From: Octopus vulgaris
Lineage: Eukaryota
Direction: 5' to 3'
DNA length: 64,000 nucleotides
Assembly: GCA_951406725.2 (NCBI GenBank)
Contig: OX597832.1
Coordinates: forward strand, 55,366,001-55,430,000
Of the stretch, positions 1 through 13,457 are shown in pieces. The notes under the pieces are model-generated. The model worked only from the letters and a program-made list of their open reading frames with translations, had not been told where the DNA came from and searched no databases. The position numbers and the translations under genes were made by a program. The stretch's first letter is position 1; every line of letters begins with the position of its first letter.

Positions 1-157
1 GCGGTGTAGTAGCTCTGTAAGTGCTACACTGCTACTTTTACTAGTTTTGTTGATTTAATTGGTTGATTATCCTGATTTGAACATTATTCTAGTATTATCT
101 GTAAATATTTTCTTCATTTCATGGCTAATGTGTTTCTTGTGTTGTGTTATTTTTCAG

Positions 158-303
158 ACCAATTCATGATGCAGTGGAAAACGACCATCTGGAAATGGTA
201 CGGTTACTGCTAGCGTTCGGTGCGGACCCTCTCTTGACCACTTACAGTGGAAAGTCCCCGATAAAGATCGCCAGGTCAGGGAAAATGATTAACTTACTGA
301 AAG
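158..303 (+). CDS. BCOR: BCOR/BCORL1-like gene, internal exon (last ankyrin repeat); upstream exons lie outside the window
   Basis: Acceptor ttttcag ends at 157 and donor gtaagc starts at 304. Encodes (R)[48 protein letters not shown], close to my recollection of the vertebrate BCOR ankyrin segment [32 protein letters not shown]. Confidence 0.9.
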
Positions 304-344
304 GTAAGCAGACAACTTTCTACATCCTCTTCCTCCTCCTCATC

Positions 345-690
345 ATCATCATCATACGACCTTTCTCCACGCTGGCATTGTTTGAACAATTGTCAGGAGC
401 TGGAAATCCGGAGGGTTGCACCAATTTCTATGGCATGGTGTCTACGGCTGGATGCCCTTCCTATCGCCAACAACTTTACGGAGCATACTGGATGCCCTTC
501 CTATCGCCAACAACTTTACGGAGCATACTGGATGCTTTTTACGTGAAGCCAGCACGGGTGCTCTTTAAGTCGCTCGGGCGCGGGTGTTTTTTTACATGGC
601 GCCGGCACAGGTGGTTTTTTACCTGGTGTGGGCACGGGTGCCTTTTACGTGGCGTCGGCACGTTGCTTTTTACCTGGTGCTTTTTACATA
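345..690 (+). mobile_element. Interspersed repeat family C (SINE or LINE-tail-like), with an internal ~40-bp tandem duplication
   Basis: Shares the ctggatgcccttcct..gccaac and tttttacgtgccaccggcac motifs with copies at ~3960-4135, 5975-6310, 15510-15790 (+) and 16105-16330 (-). Confidence 0.7.
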
Positions 691-1804
691 TCTTATTGAC
701 TTATTTATCGATTATTTAAAATCGTCCCCAGAACTTATTCTTTGTAAGCCTAGTGCGTTATTCTATCGGTCTCTTTTGCCGAACCGCTAAGTTACGGGGA
801 CGTAAACACACCCGCATCGGTTGTCAAGCGATGTTGGGGGAGTGGGGACAAACACAGACACACAAACATATACACACATACATATAAATATATACGACGG
901 GCTTCTTTCAGTTTCCGTCTACCAAATCCACCGACAAGGTTTTGGTCGGTCCGAGGCTATAGTAGACACTTGCCCAAGGTGTATTATTATTATTGTTATT
1001 GTTGTTATATAGTTCACCAACTGCTTTACACGTAAGGCACCCACCCGTATCTCCAAGTAGGAGTGGACTCTGAAATGAATACACCACACGCCGATGTATT
1101 CATGTCAGTAGTAAGGTGATACCCTATAAATGGACCGGTGGAGACATACTCTCCACAACTATTATTCATACAACGTAATCTTATCACTTTTAGCCATATA
1201 CATCAATATACATTCCTCTCCCACAATGTTACATTTTTTCATTTACTCGTGTTCGTTTTTTACTTGTTGGTTATTGTTGGTTGTCTTTCATCTCGGCCGT
1301 CATTCATGTCTCGTCTACCATTTCAGCAACCCTTCCCTATTTCCTATATCCCCCAATATCCTTCACTCTTGTCGTTTTCGTGACCTGCCTTCTATATAAA
1401 GAACACCCTGACCTCTTTATTTCGCTACCTTTTTCGCACCAGTACTCCAAACCTGTAAGCGTTTAATTTTGTGTTGTTGTATATCGGGTGGGTAATTACA
1501 CCAATAATAAGTACGTGCACTGGTTCTGTTTCACTTCTTTTGTTATTACTAGTCAGTAGGTTAACCCTTTAACTAATTAGCTAATCAGTTCTTTTTATTA
1601 ATCGTTCGGTTTGAAGTAGAGAGGGCATGGCATTGATGAGGTCGCGAAAGGGCTTTGACAAACATAGTCGATTGATTGACATAGCGATTAAATCAAATAA
1701 TCAGTTAGTTAATTGATTAATCAATTAGTTAATTGAAACGGGCCGCATGAGTCCTCATCAGGCGGGCCGTACTCTTTTACTTGTTTCAGTCATTTGACTG
1801 CGGC

Positions 1805-2356
1805 CCCAGTGTGTCACTGGTACGCAATTTACCAACCTCGAAAGGATGAAAAGCAAAGTCGACCTCGGCGGAATTTTGAACTCAGAACGTAAAGACGAAA
1901 GAAATGCCGTTAAGTATTTTGCTCGGCGTGCTTAACCATTCTTATTTCTTTACTACCCACAAGGGGCTAAACACAAGGAGACAAACAAGGACAGAAAAAC
2001 GGATTAAGTCGATTATATCGACCCCAGTGCGTAACTGGTACTTAATTTATCGACGCCGAAAGAATGAAAGGCAAAGTCGACCTCTGCAGAATTTGAACTC
2101 AGAACGTAACGGCAGACGAAATACCTATTTCTTTATTACCCACAAGGGGCTAAGCACAGAAGGGATAAACAAGGACAGAAAAACGGATTAAGTCGATTAT
2201 AACGACCTCAGTGCGTAACTGGTACTTAATTTATCGACTCCGAAAAGATGAAAGGCAAAGTCGACCTCTGCAGAATTCGAACTCAGAACGTAACGGCAGG
2301 CGAAATACGGCTACGCATTTCGCCCGGCGTGCTAACGCTTCTGCCAGCTCGCCGCC
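1805..2356 (-). mobile_element. SINE family B, multimeric array
   Basis: tRNA-like head ggcggcgagctggcagaa...gagttcaaattcc followed by gaggtcgactttgcctttcatcctttcggggtcgataaa, which resembles a Nin/Deu-type SINE central domain; ~184-bp body units repeated. Confidence 0.85.
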
Positions 2357-2552
2357 TTAAACATCATATTAATAGTCTAAAAACTTCAGCACAACATTTT
2401 AGTGTCTTTGCCGCTTCTTACCCCTATAGTACCCCTTTCTATCATAGTACCCTTTTCTATACCGTCATAGGCGAACGTCAGTTATTCTATTTAGATCTCT
2501 TATTAATTTCATATTGCTTGTAGCTTGTCTTTGGTTGTGTTATGATGTACGT

Positions 2553-2938
2553 GTGAAGGCGCAATGGCCCAGTGGTTAGGGCAGCGGACTCGCGGTCATA
2601 GGATCGCGGTTTCGATTCCCAGACCGGGCGTTGTGAGTGTTTATTGAGCGAAAACACCTAAAAGCTCCACGATGCTCCGGTAGGGGATGGTGGTGATCCC
2701 TGCTGTACTCTTTTACCACAACTTTCTCTCACTCTTTCTTCCTGTTTCTGTTGTACCTGTATTTCAAGGGGCCGGTCTTGTCACTCTCTGTGTCACGCTG
2801 AATATCCCTGAGAACTACGTTAAGGGTGCACGTGTCTGTGGAGTGCTCAGCCACTTACACGTTAATTTCACGAGCAGGCTGTTCCGTTGATTCGGATCAA
2901 CCGGAACCCTCATCGTCGCAACCGACGGAGTGCTTCCA
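2553..2938 (+). mobile_element. tRNA-derived SINE family D with a 12-bp TSD
   Basis: A-box-like tggcccagtgg and B-box-like gtttcgattcc; flanked by tatgatgtacgt at 2541-2552 and 2939-2950. Confidence 0.85.
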
Positions 2939-3541
2939 TATGATGTACGTACATACATACTTATGTGTGTTTGTGTGTGTTTCGTTTTATAGGTTTTATA
3001 ACTATATATTTCAAATTATGCTTTAAATTATATATGTATGTATGTATATGCACACACCTACTCACGTGCGTATTATATATACATGTATACACTCATGCGC
3101 ACACAGACGTACTTGAAATTTTGATATATATATACTTGAAATTTTTCTTGTACATTTTTTATTTGCACCGCACACGTGCGAATGCATGTGTTTAACAAAG
3201 TGTACAAGAAAAGATGTTGCATGCTTACATAAATATATAGACCTATCTGTGAGTATGTGTATACGCACATACACACACACACACACATATTATTTAATAT
3301 ATTTATATATATGTACGTTTAGTTCTTTGCCCAGCACCATCCATTGTATTTCCATACCATAACTAGTCGTATACAAATTATCTCTGCCACTATGTGTGTA
3401 TATATGTGTGTGTATTTATCTTTGCTTCGAAGTCTGTGTGTGTCTGTGTCTGTATGCGTGTGCAAGTGATTCAGTTCTCTCTCCTCACTTCATACAACAC
3501 CAATGAACCGTGACTAACGGCCAACGCTTTTCTATTTTCAG

Positions 3542-3619
3542 ATTATATTAATGATTTGAATGGAGACGACAACCACGCTGTTACACCGTGGGAATTTCAC
3601 GGATCATGGGATATTAAAG
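3542..3619 (+). CDS. BCOR: BCOR-like exon (post-ankyrin linker)
   Basis: Branch point tgactaac at 3511-3518, acceptor tttcag ends at 3541, donor gtaagc at 3620; 78 bp, phase 1/1. Encodes DYINDLNGDDNHAVTPWEFHGSWDIK, resembling BCOR DYLNDLQG...WDFYGSS. Confidence 0.88.
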
Positions 3620-4704
3620 GTAAGCTTTATGTCTGGCTGCATATGTAGTTCGACTTGGAAACTAGAGCCGCATACCTCTGGAGGCTACCTAATTTCTACG
3701 ATTTGGCTTAATTTTTAGGCGTTTAGTCAGCGATCAAAAGCAAGCAAAAATAAATTAATTGGGAAACGGAAGTTCTTTAGTGGCTGTGTGGTTAGGAAGC
3801 TTGCTTCGCTACCACATAGTTTCGAGTTCAGTCCCAGTGCGTGGCACCTTGGGCAAATGTTTTCCATTGTAGCATAGGACCAATCAAAACCTTGTGAGTG
3901 GATTCGGTCGGTAGAAACTGAAAGAAGTCCATCGTGTCTGTGTGTGTGTGTGTATCATCATAGTTTAACGTCCGTTTTCCATGCTACCATGGGTTGGACG
4001 GTTCGACCGGGGTCTGGGGAAGCCAGGAGGCTGCTCCAGTCTGATCTGGCAGTGTTTCTACAGCTGGACGCCCTTCCTAACGCCAACCACTCCGTGAGTG
4101 TAGTGGGTGCTATTAACATGCCACCGACACGAGGGCGCGTGCATGTGTGTATGTATTGTGTTTGTACCCCCCCATAACCACTCAACAATCGATGTTGCGT
4201 TGTTTACGTCTCCGTAACTTAGCGCTTCGGTCAAAGAGAACGATAGAGTAAGTGCTAGGCTTTAAAGAAGATATTAGCACTGGGGACGATTTGTACGACT
4301 AAAAACCATTCCTTTAAATCGATCCGAGTACTTGATCTTTTTTCCTTTCTTCATCCCTAGTCCTCATGGGGCCGGTGATCCAGTTTCCGTTATATTTAAG
4401 TGATCGCAGTCACACTACCTTCCTCCTCGACGGGGGACACCCCCCTGTTGCAGGGTTCAGGGGTAGCTATTTTGAAGGGAAGTTGACAAATCGAATACAT
4501 CAACTCCAGTACTTGATTCGCCCGGATTTTGTCTGATGGGCAAACGATTCTGCTCGCCCACCGCCTTAACATTTGGTTGCTATTTATTTATTTATATCGA
4601 CCGCCCCACCACCGTTACCGGAACAATTAAAAGCAATGTCGTCTTTGATGGGTATTGAACTCAATACTATTTTATATAATTCTCCGTATTTTAAGTGAAG
4701 GCTT

Positions 4705-5515
4705 ATTATTTCTTTACTGCCCGCAAGGGGCTAAACACAGAGAGGACAGACAAAGGGATTAAGTCGATTATATCGACCCCAGTGCGTAACTGGTACTTAT
4801 TTAATCGACCCCGAAACGATGAAAGGCAAAGTCGACCTCGGCGGTATTTGAACTCGGAACGTAGCGGTAGACGAAATATCTATTTCTTTACTACCCACAA
4901 GGGGATAAACACAGAGAGGGGGACAAACAAGGACAGACAAAGGGATTAAGTCAATTATATCGACCCCACTGCGTAACTAGTACTTAATGGCAATCTTTCG
5001 TCTCTAGTAGACCTTTCCGTCGATTTCCGTAAAAAAAATTTTTTTTTTACATATGGGCTTGCGGGAACTTTTGAAGTAATGAGAGCGAAAGAGACTAAGA
5101 GAAAGCGATTGTATGACGAGGGAAGTTCTTTTGAAGTTACCGTGCATGTGAAGCATTGATGTATGTGTGTGTTTGATGGGGTGTGGGAGACAGACAGTAT
5201 GTTGTGTAAGTGAAGTGCTTCTGTTAGTGTGTGTGAAAGAGAGAGATAACTGAAATTTTTTACTCGGTGTATGTGTATATGTATGTATATTACTTCAAAA
5301 GTTCCCGCAAGCCTATATGTAAAAAAAAAAAATTTTTTTTACGGAAGTCGACGGAAAGGTCTACTAGAGACGAAAGATCGCCGTACTTAATTTATCGACC
5401 CTGAAAGGCAAGGCAAAGTCGACTTCGGCGGAATTTGAACTCAGAACGTAACGGCAGACGAAATTACGGCTACGCATTTCGCCCGGCGTGCTAACGATTC
5501 TGCCAGCTCGCCGCC
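4705..5515 (-). mobile_element. SINE family B array interrupted by a MITE
   Basis: Same units as 1805-2356; the sequence resumes in register after 5382. Confidence 0.85.
4989..5382. mobile_element. Mutator/MULE-like MITE
   Basis: ~92-bp TIRs (ggcaatctttcgtctctagtagacc... / ...ggtctactagagacgaaagatcgcc) and a perfect 9-bp TSD gtacttaat (4980-4988, 5383-5391). Confidence 0.85.
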
Positions 5516-5974
5516 TTATTTTTAAGTGACGGTTTCTCTTTAATTATTACAAGTGATGTTTCAACTGAATTTCTGTTTGAATGATTCTGTTAACAACAAC
5601 AACTTCCTGTTTTCTTTACTAATAATCCATTTCTGCTACAAAGCGCAAAAGCTTGAAATTTTCGGGTGGAGGGGCTAAATCAAATAAATCGACTCCAGTA
5701 ATCAACTGGTACTTATTTCATCGACCCCCAAAATGATAAAACGCAATGTCGACCTTGGCGGAATTTGAACTCAGAAACACTGAGGCGATCGATATGCCGC
5801 TAAGCACTTTGCCTGTTGTGTTACTGATTTTGCCAGCACGCCGCCATTTTCTTTACGAACAGTTATTTTTGCTATATTCACAAGGCCTGAAATTTTCAAG
5901 GGGTTGGGTAGTTGAATTCATTGACCCCACTGCTCAATTGGTACGGAATTTGAACACAGAAGCACAAATCATCT

Positions 5975-6310
5975 TCATCGTCGTTTAGCATGGGTTGGAC
6001 GATTTGACTGAGGACTGGAGAACCAGATGGCTGAACCAGGCTCCAATCTTGATCTGGCAGAGTTTCTACAGCTAGATGCTCTTCCTAATGCCAACCACTC
6101 CGAAAGTGTAGTAGGTTCTTTTACGTGCCACCGGCACGAGGGCCAGTCAAGCGGTACTCGCAACGGCCGCGCTCAAGTCGTGTTTTTTTTTTACGTGCCA
6201 CCTGCACAGGAGCCAGTCCAGTGACACTGGCAACGACCTCGCTCGAATTTTTTTCACGTGCCACCGGCACAAGTGCCATTAAGGCGACGCTGGTAACGGT
6301 CACGTTTGAA
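5975..6310 (+). mobile_element. Interspersed repeat family C copy
   Basis: Contains gcatgggttggacg...ctacagctagatgctcttcctaatgccaaccactccg and repeated tttacgtgccaccggcac modules. Confidence 0.75.
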
Positions 6311-7449
6311 TGGTGCTAATCATTTTGTCCGTCGTGCCAATGATTCTCCCCAGTTCGCCGCCATTTTCTTTAGTATGATAAACTGGCAAATGAACTGGAA
6401 ATTACTCAGACTCTGTCACAACACTTTGGTATATACCAAATGGCTTCGGGTTCAGTTCCTCTACGTGGTACCTAGCCTCGGGACGGCCAATGCCTTGTGA
6501 GTGACTCTTGTAAACGGAAACTGCAAGAAGCGCCTACCGTTGAGTGAATCCAGTAAAATCTTACCTTTTATGTGACTGTCTCTGAGAATGACACCAAAAT
6601 CCCAACGTCCCCCCCCCCTCTTCTTTCGATCAATAATATAGTATATTTCTCATAACAAAATCTACGAATGCAGAGAAAGAGAAAGTCTTGATGAGAGTAC
6701 AAGCTGCCCTTTTGCCCTATTGATAAAGCTGGAACCTCATTCGTCACCTAATAAAGCAAACCATGTCAGCATGAATGTTCTTAATGGCTAGACCCTTTTT
6801 CTACATGTACCTGATAGCACCACAATATCAAATCTTGTCCATTTTCAAGGAGATGTCGCTACTAGTTACTTTCCAAGTCTTCTTTGAACCGTCAGATGTC
6901 AGTTTACCTGGAAAGAAACAATGCAGATATTAATAAGAGATGTTGAAATTGATGCCTGCAAAATTTCACAGCTCTAGCACCACTCCTTCATAGTGAAGCC
7001 TATGAACTTTTTTCAGCCCACCTTCGTATGTATATGTCTGGCAGCGTTTTTCTACTCTCACTTTGACGTAACTCGCTTTATTTTAAACCATTTAAATCGT
7101 ATGAAACGGAACAAAAAGTAACAATTTTCTGTTTCTTCTCCCCGCCACCACAAGAAAAAAATATTTATAGCAAAGAAAAAGATATATATATATATATATA
7201 TGTATCTTGTTAAAAAAGAGATTAACCAATTAGAAGCGGGGTTTTTCTTTTTTCTTCTTCCTGAATTTGTAAATCTGTGTATCTTACACGGTCGGGGAAA
7301 CGTATGTTTCCGTCTGTAACAAGGTTAGAGCTCTTCTTACAAGTTCACGACTTGATCTCTTTTTAGCCCTTGAAACATCTACAGAACATTATCTCTTCCA
7401 AACCTGCTTTATCGGTGGGGTAGGGTAGGGTGGCGGGAGGGGGTCTGTT

Positions 7450-7900
7450 TATTTGGTTTTTTTTTTCTTCTTTATATTTTTCTTTCACATCAAAGACTTA
7501 AAAGCAACAACTTCTATATACATTTTTAAAATCTTCTTTTTCTTCTTCTTCTTCTTCTTTTTCTTCTTTTTTCTTCTTTTTCTTCTTTTTCCTTTTTCTT
7601 TTTCTTCTTCTTCTTATGATGATGATGATTCTTTGCCTTCTCGTACTTGTTTTTATCCTTCTTTATCTTCATCATCTCTCTTTTCTTTCCTCTTCTTCGT
7701 CTTTCCTTCTTTATCTTCACCATCTTTTTCTACTTCTTTTCTTTCTTCTTTTTCATCATCCTCATCTTTTCCTACTTTTTTTTTCTTTATCATCATCATC
7801 ATCATCATCTTCTCTCTTCTATTTTAATCATCTTTTTCTACTTTTTTCCTTCTTCTTCTTCGCCGTCTCCTCCTCCTCCTCCTCCTCCCCCCCCCTCCTC
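7450..7900. repeat. Polypyrimidine (TTC/TCA/CCT) low-complexity tract
   Basis: Seen directly; source of several spurious ORFs. Confidence 0.9.
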
Positions 7901-9174
7901 CTCGCGGCACGAAAAAAACCAAGTTAACCCAGTCGATGATTCAATAGAAACGTGCTTAGTGGGTGTGGTTGCCACGGGCGATGAGTGCGGCAGCTGTTTC
8001 CTGCGACGGGGTTTGTCTAAACAGCTCGGCTTGTAAACTTGCAAGCCGGGCTGAAATTGTTTTGGTTAACTTTGCAATGTCATCAACGCTGTTAGCTTCA
8101 CTGGTCATATTACATGCAACAACAGCAACAACAACAACAGTTCTTTGACCAGATTAGAGCATTTATTTATTTAATTATACCCCCTCCTCCTTTTTTTTTT
8201 TGTAATATTTATGGATATTTAGATGATCGTAGGTTGTTTATTTCTTGTTTTTTTTTTTTTGTGCTTGGCTGACATAAGCTATAAGATATAGTAGCTACAG
8301 CTATAAGCATTCTGATAAACCGTCTCTGTAAATAAACACCGTTTCCTACCAGAGATTCTTTTCTAACGAGACCAACTTATAAATAATAAACTGCTTAATG
8401 ACTTTATCATGGTTTTCTTCACCCTTACTACATTCCTACTTCGTTTCACGTCGATAGAAAGCCAATTAAATTAGGTGGCCCACTCACTGCAGGTTTGAAC
8501 CTGCTAATCAAATATTTGAAACCCACGGTAAGAGAAGAAGTGTTTTCGCGGGTCACCAGAAGACATATGTATGATATACGTTCAATTAGCGAGGGCGGAG
8601 GGGGGGGCTGGAAAAATAATAGGTAGGTGATTGGGGGGAGTGTGGACTCTGTGTGAACCAGTCAGATGACGCTAGTATCGACCTGGTGTGCTTGGGGAAG
8701 GGGGAATTAGTGAGAGGGAAAGAATTATTGTGAGGATAGATGTGAAACTAGTGTTGTAGTTATAGAATTTAAAGCAATCATTTGTTCTATGTCTGTCTCT
8801 CTGAAATATTCTCGGTTATGAATGAACCGGTTTTTTTTTTTTTTCGTTTAACACATTTCTAACTACCATTTCCGTCGCTAAGGGGGGGTCACTGGACGGC
8901 ACTGCTCCCTCTCAATTCAATGGTGTACCCTCAGATTCACAGCGATTCACTTACTTCAAAACTTCTTTTTAGCATTATTACTAAGTAGTGCCCACCAAAT
9001 AATATTCTGAAGCACCCCCAGGCACCAAAATCTGGCGAAGGGCCTGCTAAATACTCCATTGTATCCGATATGAATTTGTAACCATCTTGTAAGTTTATCT
9101 CTCTAGATTTTATTGAGATTCAGGGCCAGCATTGTAAACCACGACGTTTCATTTACGAATACGTTCATGTAAAC

Positions 9175-9361
9175 CAGTGCTCCGCAATCTTTTTCACTTG
9201 CGGCACACTTATATTCCTTTCATAATTCCGTGGCACACTTGAACTAAAAATGTAACGAAAAGTATAGAGGGTAAAAAATTATATTCAAGTTACACTGCGG
9301 CACACCTAGCATCGCCTCGTGGCACACCAGTGTGCTGCGGCATACCGGTTGCGGAGCACTG
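9175..9361. mobile_element. hAT-like MITE
   Basis: TIRs cagtgctccgcaa / ttgcggagcactg; 8-bp TSD atgtaaac / atgtaaaa (7 of 8 match); internal gcggcacac subterminal repeats. Confidence 0.8.
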
Positions 9362-9405
9362 ATGTAAAAACAATGCGATCGGAGATAGAAAAAAATAGGT
9401 AATAA

Positions 9406-9453
9406 GTGTATGTACATATTTCAAGAGTTATTGTTCTCTCATCAGTACCACAT
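9406..9453 (-). ncRNA. Degenerate hammerhead-ribozyme-like motif
   Basis: Minus strand reads ggta-CTGATGA-gaga(acaataac)tctt-GAAA-tatgtacatac. Core boxes and helix II are present; helix I/III and the cleavage triplet are imperfect. Confidence 0.35.
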
Positions 9454-9880
9454 CCAACCCATTAACTATCCACAAGTACATTGCTTAAATACTCACTGAG
9501 TTTAGCGATGTAACACAACAGTTTTACACCATCTGCCACGCGAGCTAGAGATGTTTGTACAATGGTAGACAGATACACAAACTGAATGAAAGCAAACTAG
9601 TATTTCTGCTAAGTTATAATAAAATTCCTGTCTACCATTTTTAGTCCTTTACTTTTGTTTAGTTTTCGTTTTATTTCTTACTGCCTGTTTTTCCGTTTTA
9701 TATTCTAACTGTTTATTTCTGCCGATCCTCTTTAAAATATGTGTGTCTAAAAAATTTTTTTGCTTGAAGTTGAATTGTTTCTGGATTCCAGCGTTATACT
9801 AATACAAATACGTGTGCGTGACTGTCTGTGTATTTATAAGTATATGTCTGTGTATGTATGTGTGTGAGTATGTATGTATG

Positions 9881-9917
<37 letters not shown>

Positions 9918-10934
9918 ACGTCTTTGTATGCATATGTGTGTTTACAGATATGTGTATGTGCGGTGGGGGGGGTATAGTGAAAACAAAACAAAAAAAACTA
10001 AAGAAGGTCTTTGGCAATTGATTCGAGTTCATGAGAAAAAGAAAATCACTAGGAATACAACACTAAACCCATTGTCTAAAAAATTGCATTTACTTCCGTA
10101 AAATCTTCCTTTCTCTCACCATATCTAAACTATCAGGCGTTTAAATTAGCGCTACACACCAACCGAACAAACCGGATGCTCGTACTATCCTGACGTCATT
10201 ATTACCCAGAAGAATTTCCGGGACATCTTTAGTCGTTTCAAAAGCTTTTTTGTTGCAATTGTCGCTGCGTTTGGTTAAAAGTATCGATGGTATCTCAGAA
10301 GTCCTCATTGTAGTCAGCTAAGTTAAGTACAAACAAGGACACATATCATTGGCTGTCTATCGTTGTTGGCTTCACCGCATTTTTGTTTTAAGCGGATACT
10401 TCGAAGTGCCCTGACACAGTTTCTGTGTTGGTGTGTCTTAGCGTGGTTATATTTAGAATAGAAGTGTAACTGGAGAAAACAAATTCAACGAAATCTCATT
10501 GAAAATTTGAGTCCTTGATAAAAAGCATTGTTCTGGTTAAAATGTTAAGTGTCTAAAAACGGATTAAGCACGTTACTAAGTATCGTCTGCTCACAGGTTT
10601 TTCGTCTGGTTCAACGCTATGCGATCTCTGCTTGTATATGTGGTGGGTGAATATAAGGGAGATTAACTGTCTGGGGAGACAAAGTAGACACAGCCTACCA
10701 TGGCTTAAACTATATATATTGATTTCAAATTTTCGTTCGAGGCCAACAATTTGGGGGACGGGAGTGAATCGATTACATCGATCTCTAACTGTTCAACTCG
10801 TATTTATTTTATCGATCCCTGGAAGGATGACATGCAACGTCGAACCTGGCGGAATTTAATCTCAAGATGTACACACGGACAAAAAGTTCCGCTAGATAAC
10901 TATTCTGCCAGCTCGCTGTCTGAAAACCATAAAT

Positions 10935-11333
10935 ATTCTTTTCTGCTCTAGGGAGAAGGCCCGAAAATTTTGTGGGAGGGTCTAGTCGATTAGATCAACT
11001 CCAGTACGCAACTGATACGCAATTTATCGATGCCGAAAGGATGAACGGCAAAGTCGACCTCGGCGGAATTTGAACTCAGAACGTAGCGGCAGATGAAATA
11101 CCTATTTCTTTACTACCCACAAGGGGCTAAACACAGAGAGGACAAACAAGGACAGACAAACGGATTAAGTCGATTATATCGACGCCAGTGCGTAACTGGT
11201 ACTTATTTAATCGACCCCGAAAGGATGAAAGGCAAAGTCGACCCCGGCGGAATTTGAACTTAGAACGTAACGGCAGACGAAATACGGCTACGCATTTCGC
11301 CCGGCGTGCTAACGATTCTGCCAGCTCGCCACC
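10935..11333 (-). mobile_element. SINE family B dimer
   Basis: Two body units and one full head. Confidence 0.85.
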
Positions 11334-11404
11334 GTTTCTGCCAAACTGCTAGCTTACTGGAGCATACACACACACACACACACAAGTATAACGGCCTATA
11401 GCTA

Positions 11405-11765
11405 CCTTTTACCCTTTTCTTTCAGTCATTAGACTGCGGCCATGCTGGAGCACCGCCTCGAGGAATATTAGTCGAATGAATCGACTCCATTACTTATTTT
11501 CTTTTAAAAGCCTGATACCTACTTTGCCGAACCGCTAAACTACGGGGCCGTAAACGTACCAACAGCGGTCCTCAAACGGTAATGGGGAACACACACATTG
11601 ATATGTATATACGATGGACTTCTTTCAGTTTCCGTGTACCAAATCCACTCATAAGCCTTTGGTCGGCCCTAAGCATGAGTAGAAGACAGTTGCCCATGGT
11701 GTCACGCAGTGGGGTTGAACCTGGAATCATGTGAATGGGAAGTAAACGTCTTACCGCCTGCGCCT
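11405..11765 (-). mobile_element. tRNA-derived SINE family A (diverged)
   Basis: Matches the 39623-40025 copy in reverse. Confidence 0.8.
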
Positions 11766-12494
11766 AAAAGGATTTTTTTTTAATTATATAATTTTATGAC
11801 GAGTTTTCGTCATTATTGTGACATCGTTTAATATCCCATATATTTTAGGTAATTTAAAACGAAAATTCCCTTCACCAATTAAAAGAGAATCTTATACCCC
11901 TTTTATATCATCGTTATTATTTTCGCCGGAAAAAAAATAATAATAAATAAAAAATAAGACCTCTCCACCCTGGGGTATTTTTAATCAAAGTTTCTCTTCA
12001 CTGATTTCTCTTTTCCGGTAGAGTCAAGACGAAATGGGATTTCTCGGAATAGAAACATATTAATCTGCAAACATGCAATTAGGTTATCACAGCCTTAGGG
12101 AATGGCTAGCTTTTAAATCGTTTTGCCTGAGAAAGCTGTCTCTTTTTTTCCACGACCGACCGTCGTAATATTAGCATGAAATGGGTAAAGTTTATTTGAT
12201 AAGAGGTTTGTGGACAATTGCGTTTATCGCTCGTCCAATGTTGGGGAAGTTTCCATGCATATTATTCTGTCTGGCGGACTGCGTTTTCAGATAGGCTTGC
12301 TTTATTTCAATTAACTCTCCGCAATAAACGGTTGGTCTATATAACCTTTCCTTGTCGGGTTCGTTTTCTCCCTGTGAATACATACATAAATACATACACA
12401 TCTATTGAGGTATTCCAGCCACCCACCTCTCTCTCTGTATACACACGAATATACATACATACATATATTCGTTTTGCAAGATTTCATCCCGAAA

Positions 12495-12780
12495 TACATA
12501 TATGTATATATATGTATGTATATATATATGTATGTATATATGTATATATATATGTGTGTGTATATATATATTTATTTATATATGTATATATATATATATA
12601 CATATATATGTGTATACATACATATATACATATATATATGTGTATACATACATATATACATATATATGTGTGTATATATACATATATACATATATATGTG
12701 TGTGTGTGTGTATACATACATATATATATGTGTGTGTGTATACATACATATATGTGTATACACACACACACACACACATG
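12495..12780. repeat. Compound (TA)/(TG)/(CA) microsatellite
   Basis: Seen directly. Confidence 0.95.
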
Positions 12781-13457
12781 GAGTAGAGACAGGAAGAAAG
12801 AAAGGAAGAAGCGATTTCTTGTCATTACTTGAACATGTAAGTATTAAGAAAATATCAGAAACAATAACACGGAAGCAGCAGACTACGAAAGGTTCAATTC
12901 TTATCTTCGTGGAACCGGTTTCAGTGTTTAATTCGCTGGAATTTAATAAATAGTCGTTTCTAATAGAAGGAGGAACTGGAAGTAGGCGATGGCGGGATGT
13001 ATAGCGATGACGCCGGGGGAGAAGCTATTCAGCAGGAGTTCAACGTATTTATCTCAGAATCCAACGTTTCTTTTTTTTTAGGGCATTATTACATGTGAAC
13101 TTGGAATTATTCAATGGAAAACAAATTAGATCCGGAAATTAAAGAATCTCTCCTATATTTCATTGGATAGCAAACTGCTATAATCACCGATATTCTTTTA
13201 ATTCTCTGCGTGTGTGGAGAGTGGAGTGGGAAAGCGCGTGTGCTCGTGCGCGTTTTATTTATTTGTTTTGTCTTTGTGTTTATAGTCTTTATTGGTATTA
13301 CTTTATACTTGTTTAAATAAATTTCCTCCCTGTTTAAAAATTTTTTTAAAAAACTGCTATGTAAAGACAGTTGCGATCGTGGTGGCGCAGTTGGTAGAGA
13401 GCTATACCGTGTGACTTACATTATTCAAAGTTCGATCGCTCTTCGAGCTGGCAGAAA

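Noticed and set aside
304-719. Remainder of the 191-aa ORF 144..719
   Set aside because: Read-through past the gtaagc donor into intron and repeat family C; homology continues in the exon at 3542.
1625-1770. Hammerhead-like boxes (ttgatga...gaaa on +; ctgatga on -)
   Set aside because: C3 is missing and helices are minimal on +; no properly placed GAAA on -.
2558-2630. tRNA gene
   Set aside because: A/B boxes belong to a SINE head followed by a SINE body and TSD; no complete cloverleaf.
12218-12953. Long YI/CV/HT-rich ORFs here and at 23.6, 37.9, 42.2, 54-58 kb
   Set aside because: Translations of di-, tri- and tetranucleotide microsatellites.
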